Part shown: positions 9,606 to 20,593 of the stretch, piece after piece
Numbering within the stretch: position 1 is the stretch's first letter
Layout of the letters: the number at the start of each line of letters is the position of its first letter
Source: Ilyomonas sp.
GTDB taxonomy: Bacteria; Bacteroidota; Bacteroidia; Chitinophagales; Chitinophagaceae
Length of the DNA: 64,000 nt
Reading direction: 5' to 3'
NCBI GenBank assembly: GCA_965214235.1
Contig: CBDCBH010000002.1
Span: forward strand, 838,320-902,319
The notes under the pieces: generated by a model
The model's database searches: none
What the model was told of the DNA's origin: nothing
Seen by the model: only the letters and a program-made list of their open reading frames with translations
Made by a program: the position numbers and the translations under genes

Positions 9606-12467
9606 ATGAGATATTTTATTGCTTGTTTTATTTTCCTTTTCTGTGCTTTTACAGTAAAAGCACAAACCGCTATTTCTATTTCAGGAACCGTAAAAAACAA
9701 TACAACAGGCGAAGCGGTAACGGCGGCTTCTGTTTTAATAAAAGGCAGCAATGCAACAGGCACTTTTACCAATGAAAACGGCAATTTTAGATTGTTACTG
9801 AAGCATTCTCTTCCGGTTACATTAATTATTTCATCGGTTGGGTTTGCAACAAAAGAAATTGCGGTTAATACTGTTGAACAACCCATCAACGTAAGCTTAC
9901 AAATAGCATACGTGTTAGGACAGGATGTTGTGGTATCTGCCAGCCGAACGCCGGAGCGCATTTTAGAATCGCCGGTTACTATTCAGCGTGTGAGTGCCGC
10001 AACGATTGCTGCTTCGCCGGCTTCATCTTATTATGATGTGATTGGGAACCTGAATGGCGTTGACTTAACAACTTCAAGCCTTACTTTTAAAACACCCAGC
10101 ACACGCGGTTTTAACGGAAGCGGCAACGTACGTTTTAATCAGCTTGTTGATGGTATGGATAACCAGGCGCCTGGCTTAAATTTTCCTGTTGGTGCTATTG
10201 TTGGGCCTACAGAGTTGGATGTTGATAATATGGAATTATTAAACGGTGCATCATCGGCTTTGTATGGACCTGGCGGCATGAACGGAACATTGTTGATTAC
10301 AAGTAAAGACCCTTTTAAATACCAGGGTTTAAGTGTACAGATAAAAGGAGGTGTGAATCACATAAACGATTACAGCCGCAAAGCCTCGCCTTATTACGAT
10401 TTTGCTTTGCGCTTTGGAAAGAAAATAGGAGATAAGTTTGCTTTTAAATTATCGGGCGAATACATAGAAGCGAAAGATTGGGTGGCAAGAGATACCAGCA
10501 ATTATTTACGAAGCGCCACCACTCCAGGCAAACCTGTTGCAGGTACACGCTTAACTGATGCTAATTATGATGGCGTAAATGTATATGGCGATGAAACATC
10601 AGTAAATATTAAACCTTTTTTATATGGTATTGCAAAACTTGACCCAAGCGGCGTAGTTGGAGCAATACTAACTCCTTATTTAGATTCTTTACCTAACGTT
10701 TCCCGAACAGGTTATAAAGAAAGCAATGTAATAGACCCAACTACTCGCAACATTAAAGCCAGCGGCGGTTTGTATTACATGATTTCGCCTAACACCGAAT
10801 TATCATTTGTTGCAAATCTTGGCTATGGCACTTCTGTTTACACAGGTAGCGACCGGTATTCACTTAAAAATTTTATGATCTCGCAGTATAAGCTCGAAGC
10901 CCGTAGTAAAAACTGGTTTTTGCGGGCTTACACTACCCAGGAAAATGCAGGCCAATCGTTTAACGCAACGGTTACTATGCAACTGTTTAACGAAGCCTGG
11001 AAGCCAAGCTACAACCCGGCAAACCCAACTGCAAGCTGGTTCCCGCAGTTTGCCGGTGCATTTGTACAAGGTGCGGTAACAACTTTTACAACGGCTTATC
11101 GACAAGCCAAAATGCTAAATGCAAGTGATGCGGCGGCGGGCGCAGCTGCAAATGCAGCCATGCTGGCAAACACGCAAAACTTTTTAAATGGTGCACGCTC
11201 TTACGCTGATGCAGGACGGCCGGCAGCAGGCACTTCTGCTTTCAAAACTATATTCGATCAGGTTCGCTCAAAGCCAATACCGGCAGGTGGTTTATTTGTT
11301 GACCATACAGCTTTGTATATGGCAGAAGGGCAATATAATCTGACAAATTTATTGAAAATAGATTCGGCAAAGAGGCGTACTGATATTTTAATTGGCGGTA
11401 ATTACAAACGATATGAATTAAATTCTCAAGGAACATTATTTAACGATATAGCAGGTAAAATTCCCATCAATGAATATGGAGCTTATCTTCAAATTTCGCA
11501 ACGTTTATTCAATGATGCTTTAAAACTAACCGCATCGGGCAGATACGATAAAAACGACAACTTTAAAGGTAACTTTACGCCACGCCTTTCTGCAGTAATA
11601 TCAGTTGCAAAAAATCATAATTTCCGTTTGTCTTATCAAACAGCGTATCGCTTTCCTACTACACAACAACAATACATTGATTTAAACATTGGTGGCGGTA
11701 CAAGATTAATTGGTGGATTGCCTATGTTCAGAAGTACCTATCATTTTGATACCAACCCCGTTTACACGTTAGCCAGCTACGGTCAGTTTGGGCTTAGCGG
11801 TAACCCCCAAGCGTTGGTGCCACAACAGTTTGGTGAATTTAAACCTGAAACATGTTCCTCTTATGAAATTGGTTATAAAGGTTTAATAGCCAATAAATTG
11901 TTGATAGATGTGTACGGTTACTATTCTGAATATAAAAACTTTTTAGGAAGGATAACTGTGCTACAATCTTCGACTGTTGCCTACGACTCGACGGGGCTTG
12001 TTAATCCTAACAAATATTCGGTTGCAGTAAACAGCACAGGTAAAGTAAAAACAAATGGATGGGGAATATCCCTGCAGTACCTGCTGCCACACAATTTTAA
12101 TATCAATGGCAACTTGTTTTCTGACGAATTGAAAAGCGCCTCCATCAACTTCATGACAGAATTCAACACGCCTAAATACCGTGCTAACATTGGGTTTGGC
12201 AATACTGGCTTCTTAGGAAAAAATGCGTTTGGTTTTAATGTAGTTTATCGCTGGCAGGATAAATTTTATTATGAGGGAGATTTTACTTCAGGTAATGTAG
12301 CAGCCTTCAGTACGGTAGATGCACAATTAAGTTATAAGCTTTCAAAAAGTAAAATATTATTGAAGTTAGGCGCTACCAATATAACCAATCATTATTACAT
12401 CAATGCTTATGGCAACCCGTCGGTTGGCGGCTTGTATTATTTGAGCGCTACGCTGAATATTTTATAA
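9606..12467 (+). CDS. TonB-dependent receptor with N-terminal carboxypeptidase-regulatory-like domain
   Basis: A signal peptide is followed by a CarboxypepD_reg-like segment (ISGTVKNNTTGEAVTAASVLIKGS), a plug (NGASSALYGPGGMNG) and a long beta-barrel with an aromatic C-terminus. Confidence 0.9.
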   Translation: MRYFIACFIFLFCAFTVKAQTAISISGTVKNNTTGEAVTAASVLIKGSNATGTFTNENGNFRLLLKHSLPVTLIISSVGFATKEIAVNTVEQPINVSLQIAYVLGQDVVVSASRTPERILESPVTIQRVSAATIAASPASSYYDVIGNLNGVDLTTSSLTFKTPSTRGFNGSGNVRFNQLVDGMDNQAPGLNFPVGAIVGPTELDVDNMELLNGASSALYGPGGMNGTLLITSKDPFKYQGLSVQIKGGVNHINDYSRKASPYYDFALRFGKKIGDKFAFKLSGEYIEAKDWVARDTSNYLRSATTPGKPVAGTRLTDANYDGVNVYGDETSVNIKPFLYGIAKLDPSGVVGAILTPYLDSLPNVSRTGYKESNVIDPTTRNIKASGGLYYMISPNTELSFVANLGYGTSVYTGSDRYSLKNFMISQYKLEARSKNWFLRAYTTQENAGQSFNATVTMQLFNEAWKPSYNPANPTASWFPQFAGAFVQGAVTTFTTAYRQAKMLNASDAAAGAAANAAMLANTQNFLNGARSYADAGRPAAGTSAFKTIFDQVRSKPIPAGGLFVDHTALYMAEGQYNLTNLLKIDSAKRRTDILIGGNYKRYELNSQGTLFNDIAGKIPINEYGAYLQISQRLFNDALKLTASGRYDKNDNFKGNFTPRLSAVISVAKNHNFRLSYQTAYRFPTTQQQYIDLNIGGGTRLIGGLPMFRSTYHFDTNPVYTLASYGQFGLSGNPQALVPQQFGEFKPETCSSYEIGYKGLIANKLLIDVYGYYSEYKNFLGRITVLQSSTVAYDSTGLVNPNKYSVAVNSTGKVKTNGWGISLQYLLPHNFNINGNLFSDELKSASINFMTEFNTPKYRANIGFGNTGFLGKNAFGFNVVYRWQDKFYYEGDFTSGNVAAFSTVDAQLSYKLSKSKILLKLGATNITNHYYINAYGNPSVGGLYYLSATLNIL

Positions 12468-12486
12468 GATTGATTTCATAAAGAAT

Positions 12487-12525
12487 AAAAAAGCTCTTTC
12501 TCCTGTAAGAAAGAGCTTTTTTATT
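12487..12525 (+). terminator. rho-independent terminator after the TonB receptor gene
   Basis: A perfect 12-14 bp stem (aaaagctctttct / agaaagagctttt) is followed by a T run. Confidence 0.75.
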
Positions 12526-12656
12526 CTGGCAGAGCGTTTTGGGCTGATGAATTCGTGGCTCGTAGCTTAAGTAATGTACATTCTTTCAACAATACATTTC
12601 CTCATCTTTTTAATTCCTAACTGTTACCGATATTCGCACCACGAACCCGTGTAGTT

Positions 12657-13844
12657 ATGGAGTTATCTTTCGACAATACAAAGGTTGCATTTGCCTATAA
12701 AAATGATAAAGCGCTGAAAAGTGGTCGCTTTTTATTCAGCACCATGAACTATCCTGTGTTTTCAGCCGTTGGGATAAGGATTACGCCATTTTTAATGAAA
12801 ACAGGGCTGCCCGTTCATGGCATTATCCGCAATACTATTTTTAAGCAGTTTGTAGGCGGCGAAACGCTGGAGCAAACGGCAGAAGTGGCGCAGAAATTAG
12901 ATGAATATCATGTAAAAATAATACTTGATTATGGCGTTGAAGGCAAAGAAGGAGAAGCGAACTTTGAAGCTGCAACAGAACAGTTTATTCGTGTAATTAA
13001 CTATGCGGCTTCGCAAAAAAACATTCCTTTCATCAGCATAAAAATTACAGGCTTTGCCCGTTTTGGCTTGCTGGAAACGTTGAACGAAGCGCCACGGTTA
13101 CGGAGTGGCATTCACGACCACGAAATAGAAAACGAAGAATGGGAACGTGTGCGCGAGCGTATGTACCGCATTTGCGAAGAAGCGGCTAACAAAGGCGTCG
13201 GCGTGTTGGTAGATGCCGAAGAAAGCTGGATTCAAGATCCGATTGACAGGTTAACAATCGAGATGATGGAAGCATTTAATAAAGAGAAAGCGGTGGTTTA
13301 TAATACCATTCAATTATACCGGCACGACCGGTTTTCTTTTATGAAGTTATCGCATTGTATTGCAAAAGAAAAAGGATTTATTTTAGGAGTGAAATTAGTG
13401 CGTGGCGCGTATATGGAAAGAGAGCGTGCAAGAGCCGCCCAGAAGCGATATCCATCGCCAATACAACAAGATAAATCTTTTACAGATGGTGATTATAACG
13501 CGGCTGTGGACTGTTGCATCAACAACATTGATACAATTGCTGCGGTGATAGCCACGCACAACGAATACAGTAACCTTCATGCGGCAGAATTAATGGATAG
13601 CAAAGGCATTCCTCACGAGCATCCTCATGTGCATTTTTCGCAATTGTATGGCATGAGCGATAACATTACGTTTAACCTTGCAAAAGCGGGTTATTCGGTA
13701 AGTAAATATGTACCGTTCGGTCCTATCCGCGATGTGATTCCTTACCTCATGCGGCGCGCACAGGAAAACAGCAGCATTAATGGTCAAACAAGCAGAGAAT
13801 TGATTTTAATTGATAAAGAATTAAAACGAAGAAAAGACAAGTAA
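12657..13844 (+). CDS. proline dehydrogenase
   Basis: A monofunctional PutA-like PRODH, with FVGGETLEQ, ILDYGVEG and the C-terminal YVPFGP...YLMRRAQEN. Confidence 0.85.
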   Translation: MELSFDNTKVAFAYKNDKALKSGRFLFSTMNYPVFSAVGIRITPFLMKTGLPVHGIIRNTIFKQFVGGETLEQTAEVAQKLDEYHVKIILDYGVEGKEGEANFEAATEQFIRVINYAASQKNIPFISIKITGFARFGLLETLNEAPRLRSGIHDHEIENEEWERVRERMYRICEEAANKGVGVLVDAEESWIQDPIDRLTIEMMEAFNKEKAVVYNTIQLYRHDRFSFMKLSHCIAKEKGFILGVKLVRGAYMERERARAAQKRYPSPIQQDKSFTDGDYNAAVDCCINNIDTIAAVIATHNEYSNLHAAELMDSKGIPHEHPHVHFSQLYGMSDNITFNLAKAGYSVSKYVPFGPIRDVIPYLMRRAQENSSINGQTSRELILIDKELKRRKDK

Positions 13845-13937
13845 AGCAAAAGATAAAAGAAACAACATTCAAGAGGGTAACAAAAATATTTAGTTAACAA
13901 ATAGTAAGCAAAATTCAATGCTGATAGCTCATACCTC

Positions 13938-14732
13938 ATGCAACAATACCAACAATTATTACAATATATTTTAGACAACGGCGCTACAAAAACCGACCGC
14001 ACCGGAACCGGCACCCTTAGTTGTTTCGGTTATCAAATGCGCTTTAATTTAGAGCAGGGCTTTCCGTTGGTAACAACAAAAAGACTGCATTTAAAAAGCA
14101 TTGTTTATGAGCTTCTTTGGTTTTTGCAAGGCGATACCAACATCAAATATTTAACTGATCACAACGTAAGCATCTGGAACGAGTGGGCAAATGAAAACGG
14201 CGATTTAGGACCCGTGTATGGCAAACAATGGCGAAGCTGGGAAGGCAACGATGGAACAACGATTGACCAAATAAGCGAAGCGATAAAACTGATTAAGCAT
14301 TCGCCGGACAGCCGGCGTATCTTAGTGAGCGCCTGGAACATTGCCGACTTACCAAAAATGGCATTGATGCCTTGTCATGCTTTATTTCAGTTTTATGTTG
14401 CCAATGGTAAGTTAAGCTGCCAGTTATATCAAAGAAGTGCCGATGTGTTTTTAGGCGTGCCTTTCAATATTGCATCGTATGCATTATTAACGATGATGAT
14501 GGCGCAAGTTTGTAATTTACAATGCGGCGATTTTGTACACAGTTTTGGCGATGTGCATTTGTACAGCAATCATATCGACCAGGCAAAACTGCAACTCACT
14601 CGCGAGCCATATCCATTGCCAACACTAAAAATCAATCCGGATGTGAAAGATATTTTTAGCTTTCAGTTTGAAGATTTCAGGTTGGAAAACTACCAGTTTC
14701 ATCCACACATTAAAGCTTCGGTGGCGGTGTGA
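13938..14732 (+). CDS. thyA: thymidylate synthase
   Basis: Canonical ThyA sequence: TGTGTLS.FG, LWFL.GDTN, PCH..FQFYV and DVHLY.NH. Confidence 0.97.
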   Translation: MQQYQQLLQYILDNGATKTDRTGTGTLSCFGYQMRFNLEQGFPLVTTKRLHLKSIVYELLWFLQGDTNIKYLTDHNVSIWNEWANENGDLGPVYGKQWRSWEGNDGTTIDQISEAIKLIKHSPDSRRILVSAWNIADLPKMALMPCHALFQFYVANGKLSCQLYQRSADVFLGVPFNIASYALLTMMMAQVCNLQCGDFVHSFGDVHLYSNHIDQAKLQLTREPYPLPTLKINPDVKDIFSFQFEDFRLENYQFHPHIKASVAV

Positions 14733-14859
14733 ACAATACAATGTAATAAGTAGTATTGATTAAGATTATTTAGAAAATTTTATTAATTGCTATTTATCAA
14801 ATCATATAATTTATAAACATCGCTACGTCAATCATACTACCTATCTAATACTTATTACA

Positions 14860-15360
14860 ATGCTCATTTCTCTCGTTGTAGCTGCTGCTGAAAACAACGC
14901 CATTGGTAAGGATAATACTATGCTCTGGCATCTGCCAAACGATTTAAAATATTTTAAAAATATCACCTGGGGCTTGCCTGTGCTGATGGGCAGAAAAACA
15001 TTTGATTCGTTTGGCGGTGGCAAGCCGTTACCGGGCAGAGCAAATTTAATTCTAACCCGAAAAAAGAATTATTATCCTGAAGGAACCGTTGTTGTAAAAA
15101 GTTTGGATGATGTTTTTTTCTTTGTAAAAGAAAACGATTTTAATGAATTGATGGTAATTGGCGGTGGCGAAATTTATAACCTCACAATGCCAAAAGCAAA
15201 TCGAATTTATCTTACCCGCGTGCATCATAGCTTTACCGATGCGGATGCTTTTTTTCCTTCCATTGATGAAACAAAATGGGAGCGAACGGGGCAGCAACAT
15301 TTTATGGCTGACGACAAGCACAAATATGCGTACAGCTTTGAATTGTGGGAAAGAAAATAA
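14860..15360 (+). CDS. folA: dihydrofolate reductase
   Basis: DHFR motifs are present (MLISLVVAAAENNAIGKDN.MLWHLPNDLKYFK..T, MGRKTF.S). It sits directly downstream of thyA. Confidence 0.93.
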   Translation: MLISLVVAAAENNAIGKDNTMLWHLPNDLKYFKNITWGLPVLMGRKTFDSFGGGKPLPGRANLILTRKKNYYPEGTVVVKSLDDVFFFVKENDFNELMVIGGGEIYNLTMPKANRIYLTRVHHSFTDADAFFPSIDETKWERTGQQHFMADDKHKYAYSFELWERK

Positions 15361-15430
15361 CAGGTTTGTTTTTACTTCATTTTTAGCACTCTTCATTCAA
15401 CATTCACATTCAATCCCTAACATTGCGCTG

Positions 15431-16228
15431 ATGTACAGCAAGCTGCAATTTGCTTTTAAATTTCTTCGCTATTGGCTCACCGCATCCAACGGCAAAGGGC
15501 ACCGCATTCATTCGCCGTTTGTTTTTGATTTTGTAACCAATGTGTTGAATGATAACCGCAGCTTTTATTGCTATGAAACAATAGAATTACTTCGCCAAAA
15601 ACTGAAGCAAAACAAAACCATTCTTACCATAGAAGATTTTGGCGCCGGTTCGCACCTCCACAATTATAAACAACGCAGTGTATCGTCTATTGCCCGTTCT
15701 GCTGTAAAGCCAAAAAAATGGAGCCGTTTATTATTTAGAATGGTGAATTATTATCAACCCGAAACTATTCTTGAATTGGGCACTTCGCTAGGCGTTACCA
15801 CTTGTTATTTAGCCAGTGCAAAAAATAACGCAAACCTGATTACAATGGAAGGAGCGACAGCCGTAGCTGTTATTGCAAAGCAAAATTTTGAATGGCTGCG
15901 TTTGCAAAATATAAAACTCATCACCGGCAATTTTGATGAAACTTTACCTTCTGTTTTGAAGGGTTTGTTTTTTGCAGATTTTGCATTTGTTGATGGTAAT
16001 CATCGTAAAATACCAACACTCAATTATTTTAATCTGCTACTGCAAAAAGTAAACGAACAATCCATTTTTGTTTTTGATGATATTCATTGGAGCGATGATA
16101 TGGAAGAAGCATGGAATGAAATTAAACAACACGATGCTGTAACCGTAAGCATTGATTTATTTTTTATCGGTATTGTTTTTTTTAGGAAAGAAAACAAAGC
16201 AAAGCAGCATTTTATAATCCGGTTTTAA
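15431..16228 (+). CDS. class I SAM-dependent (O-)methyltransferase
   Basis: SAM-binding motif ILELGTSLGVTT and an FVFDDIHW segment. I chose the ATG at 15431 because the ORF-track start at 15158 overlaps folA. Confidence 0.75.
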   Translation: MYSKLQFAFKFLRYWLTASNGKGHRIHSPFVFDFVTNVLNDNRSFYCYETIELLRQKLKQNKTILTIEDFGAGSHLHNYKQRSVSSIARSAVKPKKWSRLLFRMVNYYQPETILELGTSLGVTTCYLASAKNNANLITMEGATAVAVIAKQNFEWLRLQNIKLITGNFDETLPSVLKGLFFADFAFVDGNHRKIPTLNYFNLLLQKVNEQSIFVFDDIHWSDDMEEAWNEIKQHDAVTVSIDLFFIGIVFFRKENKAKQHFIIRF

Positions 16229-16493
16229 AATAGATTGTGATAGTGTTGATTATATAATTTGCGTTATTGTTGGTTGAATTATTCCGGTTTTTATGAAACG
16301 AAGGCAGGTTTTCTCAGGATGAAATCCGGAGTTATTTATATTATATCCCTTCGGGATTTTCGGGTTAATTTGAAAGCGATTTCGCGTATTGTTGTAGCTA
16401 TTTATTTCACATTTCACAGGGATGAGCGAAACACTGATGATAACCTTGTTTTAGTTTTTACGTTTTTTTACTGCCACAATACGAAAATTTGAA

Positions 16494-17795
16494 TCACTTG
16501 TCTTTAAAATAATCTTCCTGTTCTTTATAAAGCTGATATGCAAATCTTCCTTCCGGCATGATCACATCATCAAAGGTAAGCGTAGCATCGCGGGCAATAT
16601 CTTTCTTCAATACACAACCTTCTGCAAAGCCAAGCGGCAAAAGACTTTCAGCTATTCTTACATCAGCGTTTTCGCATTGTCCGTAGGTCATAAAACCGCC
16701 AATGCCATCAATGGTTTCGCCTTGTTTTAAATCCTTTTTGGCTGTGGCAACTACTTCAACATAAGGCTTGCCCAATGGCGTTAAAGCTGCATCATGTAAT
16801 AACACAGCACGGGCAATGGTATTTGGCGCTAACAGATGGCACAAGTGATAGGGTTCGTAAAATAAATACAGAGGTCCATCACCCAATTTATAAAGTTTTA
16901 AAAACCATTGCTGCACAGGGTCATCAGTTGTTGCCAGCACAAACACACCGGGTGCAGGTTCGCTAATGCCTACAGCATAATCAACAATGCCATTGCCTAG
17001 TAAAACATCTTCCAGCGGAAATAAATTTACCACTTCTTTTATGGTTGTGTTGGGCGCAACTGTAGGCCCGTGCATACCCCGTTTGGCAACCCGCATGGCA
17101 GTGCCATTAGCAACAATCGCCTGCTCATAACTCATCTTGCTGCCATCGGCAAACGATGCCACCATATCGGGTTTCTGGTTCCATTGCTTTGCAAACGATT
17201 CCTGCGTGGTTGGGTTGCGGTAAGGGTCTTGCAAACCCTTAATATTTCCGCATAAAACAGGCTTCAATCCCATGCCTTTCACCATGCGATACACATTCAT
17301 AATTACCGCCGGCTGGTCTCCATCAACATTGGTGTAAATCACACCCATTTTATCGGCGTGCACTTTTAAAATAGGACCCACAGTGCAATCCAGTTCAGCA
17401 TTCATTAAAATAATGTGCTTCTTGTTATGAATAGCCCGCCAAATAATTTGTGCACCAAATTCTATGGCGCCGGTTACTTCAACAACAGCTTCGATATTTG
17501 AAGCATCGCAGAGCATTGTTGCATCATCACTAATGCTGTATTTTTCTTGCTGAATATTATCTTCTAACTGTGCAACTGTTGTTGGGTTTTCTACTTCATT
17601 AACACCAGCTTTTACATAAGCATCTCTTGCTTTTTCTATGTGGCGATTGTAAACGGCAACCACCCTGATACCAGGCTTGTATTTGCATATTTGCATAACG
17701 ATAGCCGCGCCCATAAAGCCTGCGCCAATAACGCCAACTTTAATAGGATTGTTTTCTTTTGCTCGTTTTTGCAACAGCGTATCTATGATAATCAT
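16494..17795 (-). CDS. NAD(P)-binding oxidoreductase with C-terminal SAF-like domain (COG4091-type)
   Basis: An N-terminal Rossmann motif VGVIGAGFMGAAI and a homoserine-dehydrogenase-like architecture. It lies at the end of the nucleotide-sugar cluster. Confidence 0.65.
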   Translation of the reverse strand: MIIIDTLLQKRAKENNPIKVGVIGAGFMGAAIVMQICKYKPGIRVVAVYNRHIEKARDAYVKAGVNEVENPTTVAQLEDNIQQEKYSISDDATMLCDASNIEAVVEVTGAIEFGAQIIWRAIHNKKHIILMNAELDCTVGPILKVHADKMGVIYTNVDGDQPAVIMNVYRMVKGMGLKPVLCGNIKGLQDPYRNPTTQESFAKQWNQKPDMVASFADGSKMSYEQAIVANGTAMRVAKRGMHGPTVAPNTTIKEVVNLFPLEDVLLGNGIVDYAVGISEPAPGVFVLATTDDPVQQWFLKLYKLGDGPLYLFYEPYHLCHLLAPNTIARAVLLHDAALTPLGKPYVEVVATAKKDLKQGETIDGIGGFMTYGQCENADVRIAESLLPLGFAEGCVLKKDIARDATLTFDDVIMPEGRFAYQLYKEQEDYFKDK

Positions 17796-17803
17796 GTTGT
17801 ATT

Positions 17804-18358
17804 TTATAATGAATTGAGAGGATGTGAAGATGGCTGAAACAAAGGATTTGTTTTATCTTTTTCCGACATTACCAGCGGCGCCATTACCCAATGAATATTA
17901 AAAAACGGATCGTTCCAAAGAAGCGGTTGTTCGGCGCCGGGCTTATACAATTCCGACATCAGATACAAAACTTTGGTATCATCTTCCAATGTTAAAAAAC
18001 CATGCGCAAAGCCTTCGGGAATGTACAACATTGTGTTGTTTTGGGCGGAGAATTCCGAAGCTATCCATTGATAAAGAGTGGGAGAGTGGGGTCGCATATC
18101 AATAATCACATCATACAAACTTCCGCTGATGCATTGCACCAATTTTGCCTCTTTATGCGGCGCAAGCTGCCTGTGCATTCCACGCAGCGTTGCTTTGTTT
18201 TTATTATAGCTGATATTGGTTTGCGCAATGCTAAAATCGATGCCGTGCATTGCAAATTCATCTTTGCAATAGGTTCTTCCAAAATAGCCGCGCTCATCTT
18301 CTTTTGTTTCGATGTTGATGATAAACGCGCCTTTTAATTGGGTTTCGGTAAAGATCAT
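17804..18358 (-). CDS. NDP-4-keto-6-deoxyhexose 3,5-epimerase (RfbC/cupin family)
   Basis: RmlC-like motifs are present: ERGYFGRTY, LRGMHRQ, KLVQCISGSLYDVIIDMR and GFAHGF. Confidence 0.85.
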   Translation of the reverse strand: MIFTETQLKGAFIINIETKEDERGYFGRTYCKDEFAMHGIDFSIAQTNISYNKNKATLRGMHRQLAPHKEAKLVQCISGSLYDVIIDMRPHSPTLYQWIASEFSAQNNTMLYIPEGFAHGFLTLEDDTKVLYLMSELYKPGAEQPLLWNDPFFNIHWVMAPLVMSEKDKTNPLFQPSSHPLNSL

Positions 18359-18462
18359 AGGTTTTGTTTTGCTATATTTTTAGAATAAAAACAAACCGTT
18401 GTAGAAATAAAAAAAACAGGGAAGCGGCACTTTCCTTTAGCTTTTCACACGTTAGGTGTTAC

Positions 18463-19557
18463 TTATAAAGTTGCCATCATTATCGTTTTCTTTTGTTCCA
18501 TTTTTTGTTTTCCATTCGTCCATTCCAATTTATCATTTAGTACTCCAGATCTTTGAAAAGCGGTTAATTCTTTTAAACGGATCAGGTGCGAGCCTCGGAA
18601 ATCGGCATCATTAAAATTCATTGCGACTAAGTTTTCTTCCAACTCTTTTACAGCTTTCTCTAATGTAATTTTTGGCTGATGATCGGGCGCAAGCGAAGCG
18701 AACAAACTGAAGTTGATAAGATAAGAACGCTTATCCGGCGCGGCTTCCGGGTTAGTTGTAATTTCGGTGCCGGGTATTACTTCTGCTACTGTTTCTGCCA
18801 GGTCTTTTATCTGGTAATTCCAGGTGTGCGTGCCCGTGTTCACAGCTATAAAATTACCACCGTTATCCGCCTTTCTTACTATTGCCCATTCCATAGCACG
18901 CGCCATATCTTTTACATGAATTAAAGGTCGCCACGGGCTGCCATCGCTTAAAATATTTATCTTTTTCGATACCACTGCGCTTGCCACAAAATCGTTCAAC
19001 ACTAGATCAAGGCGCAGCCGCGGACTCATGCCGCAAGCCGTTGCAAAACGCAGGCAGGTAACAGTAAAGTTTTCGTCTGCCAACGGCTCCAATTCTCTTT
19101 CGGTAAACACTTTGGAACGTGCGTAAGCGGTAAGCGGGTTTACTTCCGATTGCTCGGTTTTAGGCGCATCGCCGGCAGCTCCGTAAATGCTGCAACTTGA
19201 TGCAAAAACAAACGCTTTGGCACCTGCTTTTTTCGCCATTTTTGCAACCTGTATGCTCGACTCAAAATTAATATTGATAGTAACCTCTTCAAACTGTTTT
19301 CCCATGGGGTCGTTAGAGATAGCCGCCAAATGAATGACTGCATCAACGCCTTGCAAAACATCTTCTGATATATGCCTGATATCGCCAAAATATTGCTGGT
19401 TCAACAGGCTTTCGGGCAAGATGGAAGCATTGGTAAGATTGGCTGCAAAATAACCGGTATCGTAGCCAATTAAAGTAGCTTCCGGATATATATTTCGCAA
19501 ATGGGCTGTTACAATTGGACCGATGTAGCCCATGTTGCCGGTAATTAAAATCTTCAT
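18463..19557 (-). CDS. NAD-dependent epimerase/dehydratase (extended SDR)
   Basis: GxxGxxG-like motif ILITGNMGYIGP and the catalytic YARSK. Confidence 0.85.
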   Translation of the reverse strand: MKILITGNMGYIGPIVTAHLRNIYPEATLIGYDTGYFAANLTNASILPESLLNQQYFGDIRHISEDVLQGVDAVIHLAAISNDPMGKQFEEVTININFESSIQVAKMAKKAGAKAFVFASSCSIYGAAGDAPKTEQSEVNPLTAYARSKVFTERELEPLADENFTVTCLRFATACGMSPRLRLDLVLNDFVASAVVSKKINILSDGSPWRPLIHVKDMARAMEWAIVRKADNGGNFIAVNTGTHTWNYQIKDLAETVAEVIPGTEITTNPEAAPDKRSYLINFSLFASLAPDHQPKITLEKAVKELEENLVAMNFNDADFRGSHLIRLKELTAFQRSGVLNDKLEWTNGKQKMEQKKTIMMATL

Positions 19558-19686
19558 AAAATGAATTTATAAATGAGGTTATAAAGAACAATTGTATATA
19601 TGTGTGAATGCAAGATGGGTTGTAAATTTTTATGAATTGTAAAATGAATACCAATAAAAAAACATCAATAAAAACAAACGAAGCGG

Positions 19687-20481
19687 TTACACAAATTGCC
19701 TGTTCCAGATTTGCCAGGGCGCGGTTCCTTTTTGCCACAGTTCTTCCAGCACATTTTTATCGCGCAGCGTATCCATAGGTTGCCAAAAACCCGTATGCCG
19801 GAATGCCGACAACTCGCCATCTTTCGACAAATTTTCAAGTGGCTCACGCTCCCACGTAGTGCCTTCGTCTTCAATATAATTCATTACTTCCGGCTCTAAA
19901 ATAAAGTAGCCGCCGTTTATCCATGGCATTTCGTTTTCGTTATTTGGCTTCTCCTGAAAGCTTTTGATAACTGTATCTTCAGGCGCCAAATTAAACACGC
20001 CAAATCTGCCAGGTTGTTGCACCGCCGTAAGTGTTGCCAATGTTTTGTTTTGACGATGAAATTCGATAGAAGCCGTAATGTTAATATCGCTTACGCCATC
20101 TCCATACGTCATGCAAAATGTTTCGTTGCCAATGTATTCTCTTACACGAAGCATTCGCCCGCCGGTCATGGAATGGTAGCCTGTGTTTACCAGCGTTACT
20201 TTCCAGTCTTCCGTTTGGTTGCGATGAATTTCCATGCTGCCTTTTTGCATATCGAATGTAACATCGGAACTGTTTAAACAGTAATTGGCAAAATATTCTT
20301 TAATCATATCGCCTTTGTAGCCGCAGCAAATGATAAAATCGTTGATGCCGTGCGCCGAATAAATTTTCATAATGTGCCACAAGATAGGCCTGCCGCCAAT
20401 TTCAACCATAGGTTTAGGTCGCACACCGCTTTCTTCTGATATGCGTGTACCAAAGCCGCCGGCAAGGATTACTGCTTTCAT
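19687..20481 (-). CDS. rfbF: glucose-1-phosphate cytidylyltransferase
   Basis: Strong RfbF-like sequence: [50 protein letters not shown] and W.PMDTLRDK. Confidence 0.9.
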   Translation of the reverse strand: MKAVILAGGFGTRISEESGVRPKPMVEIGGRPILWHIMKIYSAHGINDFIICCGYKGDMIKEYFANYCLNSSDVTFDMQKGSMEIHRNQTEDWKVTLVNTGYHSMTGGRMLRVREYIGNETFCMTYGDGVSDINITASIEFHRQNKTLATLTAVQQPGRFGVFNLAPEDTVIKSFQEKPNNENEMPWINGGYFILEPEVMNYIEDEGTTWEREPLENLSKDGELSAFRHTGFWQPMDTLRDKNVLEELWQKGTAPWQIWNRQFV

Positions 20482-20593
20482 AATGGTTTATATTTTGGTT
20501 AAAAAAATATATGACAAGTGTGCTAAATAAATAACGCGGGTTTTGTTTTGATATTGGTAAAATTAAAAAAATTGATGGGGCTGAAGCCATAAT

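Noticed and set aside
9599-9961. Antisense and shadow ORFs inside well-supported genes (for example 9599-9961, 28318-28722, 30138-30521, 24449-24832, 55624-56046, 56460-56945, 18002-18337 and 23786-24184)
   Set aside because: Each lies entirely within, and opposite to or out of frame with, a gene with strong family signatures. None has a motif of its own.
15158-15430. Upstream extension of the methyltransferase ORF overlapping folA
   Set aside because: It overlaps the well-supported folA coding sequence in another frame. The ATG at 15431 gives a normal intergenic gap.
16259-16492. 77-aa ORF between convergent genes
   Set aside because: It has a non-ATG start and low-complexity sequence, and it occupies the terminator region between two convergent genes. 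No motif supports it.
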